Shown piece by piece: positions 9,602-18,789 of a stretch of 64,000 nt of DNA; the stretch's first letter is position 1; each line of letters begins with the position of its first letter. Origin of the DNA: a virus; IMG/VR virus record IMGVR_UViG_3300025000_002059, positions 1 through 64,000 of that record; one strand, given 5' to 3'. The position numbers and the translations under genes are program-made. The notes below the pieces were generated by a model that saw only the letters and a list, made by a program, of their open reading frames with translations, was not told the DNA's origin and did no database searches.

Positions 9602-10585
9602 GTGATTAATTTGCCGAATCCAACGCTTAGTGATGTGCACGTAGACCGTGCCTTAACCAACATTTCAGTAGCCTATATTCAAAATACAGAGAAAAATTTT
9701 ATTGCGAACAAGGTATTCCCGATCGTGCCAGTCAATAATCGTAGTGACAAATATTTCGTGTTTAGTCAAGCTGATTTTTTCCGTAATGAAGCTAAATTGA
9801 GGGCACCCGGAGCCGAAACTGCTGGTGGCGGCTATCGCTTGAGCACAGACAATTACTCTTGTGATGTACTCGGATTCCATGCGGATCTTGACGACCAAAC
9901 AAGAGCCAATGCTGATGAACCATTGCAACTTGAGAGAAGCCATACGATTTATGTGACACAGCAAATTCTTCTCAAACGTGAAGTTGACTGGGTTACCAAT
10001 TTCTTCACAACTGGCTTATGGACCGGATCCACCACTGGTACGGATTTAGTCGGAACTGTAGATTTTACGCAATGGGACAATATTGTCAGCACTCCAATTG
10101 AGGATATTACCCAACAATCTGACAGCATTTCTCAAAAGACTGGCTATCGGCCAAATACTCTTGTTTTAGGGCCAGAGGTCTATACCACACTTAAGAATCA
10201 TCCAGATATTCTAGACCGGGTTAAGTACAGCCAAAAAGGGATTATAACCGAAGATATTCTAGCTGTTCTTTTTGATGTGGAAAGAGTTCTTGTTCCAAGG
10301 GCAGTAAGGAATACGGCGGCAGAAGCTGCTACTGCAAGTTACAGTTTCCTCTACGGTAAAAATGCATTCCTCGGATATTCAGCACCAGCACCGGGATTAT
10401 ATCAACCATCGGCTGGATATCTATTCACATGGCAGGGTTTATTCGGAGCTGGGGCCGAAGGTGTGCGGATTAAGAATTTCCGGATGGAGCAAAATGCTGC
10501 AAATAGAATTGAGGGTGAATCTGCTTATAACATGAAAGTTGTTGGTGCGGATCTTGGATGTTTCTTCTCGGCAGCTATAGCTTAG
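9602..10585 (+). CDS. Major capsid protein
   Basis: HVDRALTNISVAY, FIA..VFP.VPV, PNTLVLG and PSAGY motifs; size and synteny. Confidence 0.88.
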   Translation: MINLPNPTLSDVHVDRALTNISVAYIQNTEKNFIANKVFPIVPVNNRSDKYFVFSQADFFRNEAKLRAPGAETAGGGYRLSTDNYSCDVLGFHADLDDQTRANADEPLQLERSHTIYVTQQILLKREVDWVTNFFTTGLWTGSTTGTDLVGTVDFTQWDNIVSTPIEDITQQSDSISQKTGYRPNTLVLGPEVYTTLKNHPDILDRVKYSQKGIITEDILAVLFDVERVLVPRAVRNTAAEAATASYSFLYGKNAFLGYSAPAPGLYQPSAGYLFTWQGLFGAGAEGVRIKNFRMEQNAANRIEGESAYNMKVVGADLGCFFSAAIA

Positions 10586-10690
10586 GCATATATATATTAA
10601 AGTTGAAATAAAAATGGCTTGTAACTTTAGTTGTTAGGGTCATTTTTATTTCGATGTTCATTTTCAATCTTAATGGAGGTGAAATTAAAA

Positions 10691-11077
10691 ATGGGATTCG
10701 AGAAAGAACAACGTCCATTTATGAAAACTTATGATGAGAGATATGCTATACAAGCTATTACTAGTACCGGAACAGCTATCACTGGTTATGGAATAACAAC
10801 TTTATCATCCACAAAAGCAGGAGCATTGACATTTAGGATTGATCCACCACTTTATGCAGGAGTGGATAAGACAGTTATTTGCTTAGTTCAATCTGGTTCA
10901 TCTTCTTCATATAAGATTATCCCAAATACAACTACAGTTCAGTTTGGCTCAACTGTATCCAGTACAGGAAGATCATTCAATTTAAGTGATGCAGGTGAAG
11001 TTGTCCAGTTTGTTGCAATTTCAGCAACCAAATACTTTGTCGTTTCCAATATAGGTTCGACATTCGGATCTAGTTAA
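10691..11077 (+). CDS. Ser/Thr-rich virion protein (possible head fibre)
   Basis: GGAGG RBS, beta-rich Ser/Thr composition, head module position. Confidence 0.5.
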   Translation: MGFEKEQRPFMKTYDERYAIQAITSTGTAITGYGITTLSSTKAGALTFRIDPPLYAGVDKTVICLVQSGSSSSYKIIPNTTTVQFGSTVSSTGRSFNLSDAGEVVQFVAISATKYFVVSNIGSTFGSS

Positions 11078-11120
11078 AAAAAAGATATAAGGGAGGACAG
11101 GGGCAATCCTTTGGGGGGAG

Positions 11121-12035
11121 ATGCCCACTAAATTTATGAATGAAATAGAAACAAATAACCCAATAGAAGTTAAAAATGTTGCCATTGAGCCACCATTAGA
11201 TTTAGAAAAAGTGACAAAGGTTAAAGATGATGTTCTGGAATTTAAACGATATTCAGATAGCGTTATGATCTTAGGATTTGCACCAGATAGTCTTAAATGG
11301 GCACCATTGGACGCTAAAAATATTGATATTTGGGGACTTAATGAACTTTATATGGATAAGCCAAAAATTGCGATTCGTGCGACTGCATGGTTTCAGCTCC
11401 ATGGATATGAGCCACCAACAGTGAGAGATGTTAATCAAGTTAGAAATTTATCATTCCTAAAATGCCCAGTGCTTATGTGGAGAAAACATCCCAATATCCA
11501 AAATTCAATTGAATATCCATTACAAGAAATCATGGAAGAATTTGACATCTATGGCGAAGACATGGCACTGGATCAACCTGATATTAGGCAGAGAGTTTAT
11601 TTCACCAATACGATTTCATGGATGATTGCACTAGCCATTAAAATGGGATACAAGGACATTCAAATTTATGGAGTCAATATGGCACAAGATCAGGAGTTCC
11701 AGCATCAAAGACCAAGCTGCGAATTTTTCCTTGGCTGGGCAAGAGGGAAAGGTATCAAGATATATAAGCCGCCAGTATCGGATTTGCTTTTATCGCCTTT
11801 CCTTTATGGATACGATGATGCAACGGCGTACATGCAGAAACTAGAAGCGCGAAGAAAGGAACTAATAGAGCGGGTCGAGAATACGCGCAGGCAAAGGATA
11901 GGCATGCAAGAGCAGGCTAATCAACAATTACAAGCAGAACAAAATCTATTAGGGGCACTTCATGATGTTGAATACATTATGAGACTTGGAAATCCTGTAA
12001 AGCCGGATAAGTTTTCTAAGCCAGCGAAAGGATGA
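11121..12035 (+). CDS. Sialyltransferase/MAF-fold-like glycosyltransferase candidate with C-terminal coiled coil
   Basis: VMILGFAP, IWGLN and TISWMIALAIKMGYKDIQIYGVNM resemble the GT42/GT29/Maf 'A..lGyk.I.l.G.D' motif. Confidence 0.5.
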   Translation: MPTKFMNEIETNNPIEVKNVAIEPPLDLEKVTKVKDDVLEFKRYSDSVMILGFAPDSLKWAPLDAKNIDIWGLNELYMDKPKIAIRATAWFQLHGYEPPTVRDVNQVRNLSFLKCPVLMWRKHPNIQNSIEYPLQEIMEEFDIYGEDMALDQPDIRQRVYFTNTISWMIALAIKMGYKDIQIYGVNMAQDQEFQHQRPSCEFFLGWARGKGIKIYKPPVSDLLLSPFLYGYDDATAYMQKLEARRKELIERVENTRRQRIGMQEQANQQLQAEQNLLGALHDVEYIMRLGNPVKPDKFSKPAKG

Positions 12036-12041
12036 GTTTAG

Positions 12042-12299
12042 ATGTGCGAGATCTTTTATTTGATCTTAAAAAATGGACATAGGTTTCATGACTCTTGTTT
12101 AGAAGCTGGGCAAATTTATTCATCCGAAGACTTCGAACATGTCCATGAACAGCGAAAAGCAGCTCTTGTTTTAAATAGGATTTTATACAGGGGCACAGAA
12201 TCCGAAGTTAGAGAAAAACGAGCTAAATTATTTGGCATTGAAAATAATAATGAACAAATGGTGGAATCTAAAAAGGAGAAACGTAAGGCGGCTAAATAG
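12042..12299 (+). CDS. Hypothetical protein
   Basis: ORF in late operon. Confidence 0.5.
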   Translation: MCEIFYLILKNGHRFHDSCLEAGQIYSSEDFEHVHEQRKAALVLNRILYRGTESEVREKRAKLFGIENNNEQMVESKKEKRKAAK

Positions 12300-12308
12300 C
12301 CGCCTTTT
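12285..12308 (+). terminator. Rho-independent terminator
   Basis: AAGGCGGCTA-AA-TAGCCGCCTTTT hairpin with U tract. Confidence 0.6.
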
Positions 12309-12333
12309 CCGTTAAGGAGGTGTTAGATTTCGC

Positions 12334-12774
12334 ATGACTTGGAGCTACGAAGGCTATCCCGCAGATAATACGAAAGATGAAGTCCGATTCCTAGTAAGGG
12401 ATACGGATATAACTGAACAATTATTAAGCGATGAGGAAATTTATTATTTACTTTCAGTCTTCCCGAATCCTATCGCTTCGGCAGCCATGGGATGCGAAAC
12501 ACTTTCTAGTAAATTTGCTAGAGATGCATCGGAAAAAACTGTGGGCGATCTTAAAATTAACCTAACTGAAAAAGCAAAATCATTTAGGGACCAAGCATCC
12601 AGACTGTGGGCTTTATCAAAACTATACCGTGGTAGGCCGCAAGTCTATGCGGGCGGAATTTCAGTTGCAGATAAGCAAACTCAGGTGGCTAATAGTGATC
12701 GGGTTAAACCGGATTTCTATAAACACATGAATGATTTTCCGGGGACTGGAACCGGATATGGTTCTTCGAGCTAA
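12334..12774 (+). CDS. Head-tail adaptor
   Basis: MTWSY..D.VRFLVRDTD....LLSDEEI motif; synteny. Confidence 0.75.
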   Translation: MTWSYEGYPADNTKDEVRFLVRDTDITEQLLSDEEIYYLLSVFPNPIASAAMGCETLSSKFARDASEKTVGDLKINLTEKAKSFRDQASRLWALSKLYRGRPQVYAGGISVADKQTQVANSDRVKPDFYKHMNDFPGTGTGYGSSS

Positions 12775-12794
12775 AGGGGGGTGTTGACTAGCCT

Positions 12795-13139
12795 ATGAGC
12801 TTTGAGCCTGAATTTCTAGAGTTCATGAAAGACACCATTATTAGGAATCAAATCACAGGATATACAGCCTATGGAGCGCCAACACATTCTACTGCATCAA
12901 CAAATTATTCATGCCGAATTGTTAGAGTTCACGACACTATTACAGGGGACGATGGCGCGGAAAAATTAATTGAGTCGATCGTGTATGTTGCATCGACTGG
13001 ATCTTTTGATGCACAGGATTTATTTACATTTCCAGATGGATCTAAACCCATCTTGCAAGCGATGGCTGCTTATCCTGACGAAGATGGACCATATCATCAT
13101 GTTCAATTGAAATTTGGCAATAGATCGGGGAGGGTTTAA
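12795..13139 (+). CDS. Head closure/stopper protein
   Basis: Size, YGAP motif and synteny. Confidence 0.6.
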   Translation: MSFEPEFLEFMKDTIIRNQITGYTAYGAPTHSTASTNYSCRIVRVHDTITGDDGAEKLIESIVYVASTGSFDAQDLFTFPDGSKPILQAMAAYPDEDGPYHHVQLKFGNRSGRV

Positions 13140-13528
13140 TGGATATTACCGTTACAGGTGTCTCGCGAACCATTAGAACTTTGAGCCGGATGGGCGAAGA
13201 TCTTCTGCCGATTATTGCAGCAGCATTAAACGAAGAGCATGAAAAGATTATGACATTAGCTAAAGAACGAACGCCAGTCGATACCGGGGCATTAAGGGCA
13301 TCCGGACATGTTGTTCCACCAAGAATAGTAGCTCGATCAATACAAAGTATTGGTGCCTTTGGGGGAACCGCAGCACCATATGCAATAGTTGTGCATGAAA
13401 ATCTTTCGGCATTCCACCGAGTCGGGCGATCAAAGTTTTATGAAAGCGCTGTTCAAGACCGAGTATCAAATATAGGCCCGGCAGTAAGAAATGCAGTTCG
13501 AGGATATCTCGTTACAGTTTCCAGATGA
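13139..13528 (+). CDS. HK97 gp10-like neck protein
   Basis: TPVDTGALRASG and PYAIVVHE motifs. Confidence 0.8.
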   Translation: MDITVTGVSRTIRTLSRMGEDLLPIIAAALNEEHEKIMTLAKERTPVDTGALRASGHVVPPRIVARSIQSIGAFGGTAAPYAIVVHENLSAFHRVGRSKFYESAVQDRVSNIGPAVRNAVRGYLVTVSR

Positions 13529-13547
13529 TAGGAGGTGTTTTATTAAA

Positions 13548-13964
13548 TTGTTATTAGACGAAGTCGCAAGACACCTTCAAGATGATTCAGTCGGGACAAT
13601 CGGAGTAAATATATTTAAGTCTTACTCACCAAATGCACCGGATACGACTCTTACCGTTTATGAAACAGGAGGTTTTCGACCGCAGGATACATTTGGATCG
13701 ACATGCGAAGTGGCGTGGGAAAATCCTTCGATTCAAATAGTATCAAGATCGACGGATTATGAGACTGCTAGAAGGACAGCGGAGAATGCCTACCGATCAC
13801 TTATAAGTGTTACAAATGAGACGTTAAAAGCTTCAAGTTCTGATGCCGGAAGTTTTTATTTGAGAATTTGGGCGGTACAGTCTCCATTTCGATTAGGCGT
13901 TGATGAAAATGAACGAAATCTGGTAGCCTGCAATTTTGATGTCATGAAAACTTTATCGACATAG
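13548..13964 (+). CDS. Tail terminator (minor capsid-like)
   Basis: VYETGG, PSIQIVSR and QSPFRLGVDENER motifs; TTG start after GGAGG. Confidence 0.75.
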   Translation: MLLDEVARHLQDDSVGTIGVNIFKSYSPNAPDTTLTVYETGGFRPQDTFGSTCEVAWENPSIQIVSRSTDYETARRTAENAYRSLISVTNETLKASSSDAGSFYLRIWAVQSPFRLGVDENERNLVACNFDVMKTLST

Positions 13965-13980
13965 AAAGGAGGGGAGGGAC

Positions 13981-14691
13981 TTGACTGGAACTCATGGTAA
14001 ACAGGCTAGAACTTACATCAATGGATACGACCTTAGCGCTTACCTAAATAGTTTCGGAGTAGCACAGACTGCGGATACCGTAGAGACTAGCGCATTTAGC
14101 TCTAGTGATAAAACATATGTGGTTGGATTGAGGGATGCAACAGTATCGGCAGAGGGATTTTTTGCAGGAAGTACAGTCGAAACCGATTATGTGTTTGATC
14201 AAGCATTAGGATCTACGGCGTTATGGTCATACTACCCGGCTGGCCCGGCACTTAGTAATGCTGGATATGGAGCCAAAACGATTGAAACATCTTATGAAAT
14301 TACTAGCCCGATTGATGGTGTCGTTTCTGTAACTGCTGAAGGACAGGCGATTCTTGGTGCTGATAGAATTTTATCGCATCATGATTTGATAGCTGAAACA
14401 ACTACTGGTGCAGAAACATCAATTGATGCTACTGCAGCTAGTACAAGGGGTGCTATAGGTTATTTGCAAGTAACGGGATTTACTTTAGGACAAACTGCTC
14501 AAATCACGATTGAAGACTCTTCAGCAGGGACGTCATGGGCGACACTAATATCATTTTCATCAGGTGGAACTATAGGTGCTCAGAGAGCCATTTCATCAAG
14601 TGGGACAGTTAAGCGATTCACTAGGGCAGCATGGACTATATCATCGAGCAGTGGTTCAGTGACATTTAATGTTGGCATGAAACGTAAATAG
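13981..14691 (+). CDS. Tail tube-like protein with C-terminal extension
   Basis: HGK..TADTVET..K.YV.GLRDAT shared with the next gene. Confidence 0.65.
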   Translation: MTGTHGKQARTYINGYDLSAYLNSFGVAQTADTVETSAFSSSDKTYVVGLRDATVSAEGFFAGSTVETDYVFDQALGSTALWSYYPAGPALSNAGYGAKTIETSYEITSPIDGVVSVTAEGQAILGADRILSHHDLIAETTTGAETSIDATAASTRGAIGYLQVTGFTLGQTAQITIEDSSAGTSWATLISFSSGGTIGAQRAISSSGTVKRFTRAAWTISSSSGSVTFNVGMKRK

Positions 14692-14708
14692 GAAAGGGGC
14701 TGGATAAA

Positions 14709-15122
14709 TTGGCCGTACATGGAAAGTCAGCGGGGTTTTCAATTACAGATACTGGAGGAACACCAAGATTATTGAATTGTTGGCTTACGAGTGTTTCATT
14801 CCCAAAAACTGCGGATACCGTAGAGGTATCAAATTTTTGTAGTTCTGCAAAAGAGTATGTTGCTGGTCTAAGGGATGCAACTATTTCAATTGAGGGTATA
14901 TGGGCAACGACACCGGACGCATATTTAAGTGGAATCCTTGGCACGTCAGCAGCCTTTGTTTATTATCCGGGGACCACAGCGCCAGTTGCAGGAAAATATG
15001 CGAAATATACTGGTGTGTGTTTTGAGACAAGTTATGAGGTTCCAACGGCCATTGATGCTGCCGCAACCTTTACGGCTGAATTTCAAGTAACTGGAACTGT
15101 TACAAGATCAACCGCAGCCTAA
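14709..15122 (+). CDS. Major tail tube protein
   Basis: TADTVEV..KEYVAGLRDATISIEG and FTAEFQVTG; precedes tail chaperone. Confidence 0.75.
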   Translation: MAVHGKSAGFSITDTGGTPRLLNCWLTSVSFPKTADTVEVSNFCSSAKEYVAGLRDATISIEGIWATTPDAYLSGILGTSAAFVYYPGTTAPVAGKYAKYTGVCFETSYEVPTAIDAAATFTAEFQVTGTVTRSTAA

Positions 15123-15164
15123 ACTATTTTTCTGAAAAAACAAATTTGTGGGGGGAAATTATTC

Positions 15165-15521
15165 ATGACTAAAGCTAAAAAGCGATTATCATCAGAAGAC
15201 ATTCTCAAAGCTTCAGTGCTTCAAGAAAAAGAAGTTCCAGTTGAGCAATGGGGCGGAACTGTTATGATCCGGGAATTTAGTAAAGCACGGCAACAGCAGA
15301 TCAGAAAAGAAGCCACAATGGCTGACGTTATTGATGTCGATAAGCTAGAATTGTTAATGTTTATCCATGGTGTCATTGATCCTGTATTTTCCGAGCAGGA
15401 TTATTTTTCTCTCAGAGAAAAATCAGCAATGGCGATCGATGTTGTGCTCAAAGAAATTATGGCTGTATCGGGACTAAATGAAACAGCCATAAAAGATGCG
15501 GAGAAGAAATTTCGCAATTGA
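15165..15521 (+). CDS. Tail assembly chaperone
   Basis: EVPVEQWGGTVMIR motif; lies between tube and tape measure genes. Confidence 0.75.
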   Translation: MTKAKKRLSSEDILKASVLQEKEVPVEQWGGTVMIREFSKARQQQIRKEATMADVIDVDKLELLMFIHGVIDPVFSEQDYFSLREKSAMAIDVVLKEIMAVSGLNETAIKDAEKKFRN

Positions 15522-15687
15522 TGGAGATTTTAGATTTCAATTTATACTAGCAAAAGATCTAGGTAAGACAGTAAGCGAAATAAAACAAATGGGAACGACC
15601 GAATTTTATGAATGGATGGCTTTCTATTCTTATCAAGAGAAGATGAGGAAAGCCGAAGAAGCAAAAGCAAAGTCCAAAAAACGATAA
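15496..15687 (+). CDS. Tail assembly chaperone extension (frameshift product)
   Basis: LAKDLGKTVSEI..M...EFYEWMAFY; overlaps the chaperone 3' end in the +1 frame. Confidence 0.65.
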   Translation: MRRRNFAIDGDFRFQFILAKDLGKTVSEIKQMGTTEFYEWMAFYSYQEKMRKAEEAKAKSKKR

Positions 15688-15765
15688 ACTCTTAGTCAAC
15701 TAAAGTTGACCGAGAGTTTATCTTTATTTTGACTAATTTTCCATTAAAGGAAGTTGGTGAAATAG

Positions 15766-18700
15766 ATGGCTCTTACCGTAGCTGATATACAGGTGATTTT
15801 GGGAGCTAATATTACAGCATTCCAGAACAACATGAATAGTGCAGTATCGACGGTACAACGATTACAAGGATTTATGACTGCGGCAGGAACGGCATTAACT
15901 GTTGGGTTAACTGTGCCTATAGTTGCTATGGGAAAGGCATCAGTCGATGCTGCAAGTAATTTTGACCAATCAATGGCTAACATTAGAGCTATTACTGGTG
16001 CGACCGGGTCTGAAATGCAAGCAATGTCAAAACTAGCATTACAGCTGGGTGCGGATACAACATTTTCGGCAACAGAATCAGCCGAAGCAATGCTCGAATT
16101 ATTGAAAGCCGGATTAAGTGTCGAACAAGTTATGGGCGGAGGATTAAAGGGTGCATTAGATCTAGCTGCGGCTGGTGGAATAGAGTTAAGTGACGCTGCT
16201 ATTGTGGCATCAACGGCACTTAATGCTTTCAGGAAAGATGGATTAAGTGTATCGGATGCAGCAGATATATTAGCTGGTGCAGCGAATGCTTCGGCAGCGT
16301 CTGTTAGTTCGCTTCAATTGGGATTATCCCAAGTATCGGCGATAGCATCGGGAGTAGGATTATCATTTGCAGATACTTCGGCAGCATTGGCTTTATTTGC
16401 TAATAATGGATTAAAAGGTAGTGATGCTGGAACATCACTCAAAACAATGTTTTTGAGGTTACAGCCAAGCACTAAAGAGCAAACTGCATTATTTAAAGAG
16501 TTGGGTCTAACAACAGCACAGGGGACTAGCGCATTTTTTGATCAAGAAGGTAAAGTTAAAAGCCTAGCGGAAATATCTGGGCTTCTTCAAAGATCGCTTT
16601 CTGGGATGACAGATGCACAAAGATTGTCAACATTAGAAACGTTATTTGGGTCGGATGCAATTAGGGCAGCTAATATTCTTTATAAGGAAGGCGAAGATGG
16701 CGTTAAAAAATTAAAGGAACAAATTGGTAAAGTTTCTGCAGAAGAAGTTGCTGCAGATAGAATGAATAGTTTTCAAGGCGCTATTGAAGAGATGAAGGGT
16801 TCAATAGAGACTGCCGCAATAGCAATTGGGCAGAAGCTTATCCCTATTATCTTAAAATTGGCTGGATTAATTGAGAATGTAGCGGATTGGTTTATTAAAT
16901 TAAATCCAAATGTACAAAATTTTATCTTAATAGCTCTTGGCGTATTTGCAGCCTTGGGACCAGTATTACTAATCTTGGGTGGAATAACGGCAGCAATGTC
17001 AGCCTTAGCGCCAGTTGCTTTGCTTTTAGGCACAACCGTTGGTGGTTTGGCAGCAGCATTTTTATTAGTTCCATTAGCTATTGCTGCGGTAATTTCAATT
17101 GGGCTTGCTTTAATTAAAAATTGGGATCAAATAAAGGAAAAGGCGGCAAAGGATTGGAGAGAAATAACTGATACCATCTCAACATTCCTATTTGGATCAA
17201 AAGAAGATATTGATACGTTTAGTAATGATTCAATGACAAGTTGGTCAAAGTGGCTAGAAAATCTAAAAAACAAGACGAGTACCGACTGGAAAGACGTAAA
17301 GACATCAATATCAAATGCATTAATTGCATCTGATACGGTGATCAACGATAACGTTAGATCTTGGGGCGAATCATTCACCAAATGGTTAAATGATACAGAT
17401 TCCAGTTTTGCCACAACTATGCCAAGGATTGGTGCTAGTATCCAAACGTTTATGACGAATTCAGATACAAATATTAATAACTTTGTAACTAAAGCGGGCG
17501 AATCATTCACCAAATGGTTAAATGATACAGATTCCAGTTTTGCTGATACATTGCCAAGGATTGGTGCTAGTGTCCAAAAATTCTTAACAGATTCAGATAC
17601 AAATATTAATAATTTCGTAATCAGAGCAGGGGATTACTTTTCAAATTTATGGAAGAGAATGTTTTCTGATTCATCGGAAGAATTACCAAAAACTGAACAA
17701 ACATTCAATGAATTCTTGTATCAATTAGGATTTAGGGCTGGTGAGACTGTAGGAACTGTTGTTAAGTTTTTCATGGAATTACCTGTTAAAATTGGAATCG
17801 AACTTCAAAAAACATGGCAAATAATTTCCGATAAATGGAGTGAAGTACAGACCAATACAGATGCATGGTGGGCTTCGATTGTCAAAAATGTTGGTGATTA
17901 TTTAAGTAAATTACCGGGGATAGTCGGTGAATGGCTTACGAATGCAGCAACTACCGCAGAGAACACAGCACGAAATATTTATTATGCTATCAATAACTGG
18001 ATTGCGAGAATTATTACGAGCGGAACCGAATGGATATCAAAACTTCCGGGTGTCATTGGAACTGCGGTGACGAATGCAGCAACTACCGCAGAGAACACAG
18101 CACGAAATATTTATTATGCTATCAATAACTGGATTGCGAGAACAATAACAAGTGGGAGAGAATGGATATCTCAATTACCAAAGATAATCGGGGATTATGT
18201 TAATAATGCTGCTGCCGCTGCTGCAAATACAGCAAGAGGAATCTATAACGGTGTTGTAAATGCTATTGCAGCAATACCGGGGCAATTTGTTAATATCTTT
18301 AATTCTATTTGGTCTTACATTTCAAGCCAATATAACAGATTGTATTATGCAGCAGCTAATATCGCGGCTGGATTTTGGGCGGGATTCAAGTCCAAATTAT
18401 TTGGATCGCCAAAAACAAAAATGGAATATGCATTTATAGCGATGAGCGAACAAGCTAAGCAAACTTTATCGGATATAGCTGGACTTACACCGGGATATGC
18501 TGCAGCAGGAAAAAAAATGATGGATTCATTTGGAGCGCCATCAACGGGCATGATGGGAGCACCAGCCTATGGTGTGGCGGGAGGAACATCAGGATTGAGC
18601 GTTCCAACAACGCCGATGAGTACAACGCCAATAGCGACACCAGAAGTAGACACGGGAGAAGGAACATGGGGTGGATTAAGTGTTTCTGTAGCTCAATTAG

Positions 18701-18789
18701 TTGTTAGAGAAGAAGCCGATGTCCTAAAAATAGCTCAACAATTATATCGACTTCAAAAAGATAGGACGAGAGGGAGGGGGCAGCGCTAA
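15766..18789 (+). CDS. Tape measure protein
   Basis: 1007 aa, TP901-type core (GADTTFSATESA, GLKGSDAGTSL), Trp-periodic repeats. Confidence 0.93.
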   Translation: MALTVADIQVILGANITAFQNNMNSAVSTVQRLQGFMTAAGTALTVGLTVPIVAMGKASVDAASNFDQSMANIRAITGATGSEMQAMSKLALQLGADTTFSATESAEAMLELLKAGLSVEQVMGGGLKGALDLAAAGGIELSDAAIVASTALNAFRKDGLSVSDAADILAGAANASAASVSSLQLGLSQVSAIASGVGLSFADTSAALALFANNGLKGSDAGTSLKTMFLRLQPSTKEQTALFKELGLTTAQGTSAFFDQEGKVKSLAEISGLLQRSLSGMTDAQRLSTLETLFGSDAIRAANILYKEGEDGVKKLKEQIGKVSAEEVAADRMNSFQGAIEEMKGSIETAAIAIGQKLIPIILKLAGLIENVADWFIKLNPNVQNFILIALGVFAALGPVLLILGGITAAMSALAPVALLLGTTVGGLAAAFLLVPLAIAAVISIGLALIKNWDQIKEKAAKDWREITDTISTFLFGSKEDIDTFSNDSMTSWSKWLENLKNKTSTDWKDVKTSISNALIASDTVINDNVRSWGESFTKWLNDTDSSFATTMPRIGASIQTFMTNSDTNINNFVTKAGESFTKWLNDTDSSFADTLPRIGASVQKFLTDSDTNINNFVIRAGDYFSNLWKRMFSDSSEELPKTEQTFNEFLYQLGFRAGETVGTVVKFFMELPVKIGIELQKTWQIISDKWSEVQTNTDAWWASIVKNVGDYLSKLPGIVGEWLTNAATTAENTARNIYYAINNWIARIITSGTEWISKLPGVIGTAVTNAATTAENTARNIYYAINNWIARTITSGREWISQLPKIIGDYVNNAAAAAANTARGIYNGVVNAIAAIPGQFVNIFNSIWSYISSQYNRLYYAAANIAAGFWAGFKSKLFGSPKTKMEYAFIAMSEQAKQTLSDIAGLTPGYAAAGKKMMDSFGAPSTGMMGAPAYGVAGGTSGLSVPTTPMSTTPIATPEVDTGEGTWGGLSVSVAQLVVREEADVLKIAQQLYRLQKDRTRGRGQR
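17938..18140 (+). repeat. Internal direct repeat of tape measure gene (about 70 bp, 132 bp period); a second pair lies at about 17365-17610
   Basis: ACGAATGCAGCAACTACCGCAGAGAACACAGC...GGATTGCGAGAA occurs twice. Confidence 0.85.

Noticed and set aside
17958-18010. Apparent self-target of array spacers AGAACAC and ATTGCGAGA in the tape measure gene
   Set aside because: Both matches are on the same strand and about 35 nt apart, which does not fit adjacent opposite-strand targeting; likely chance
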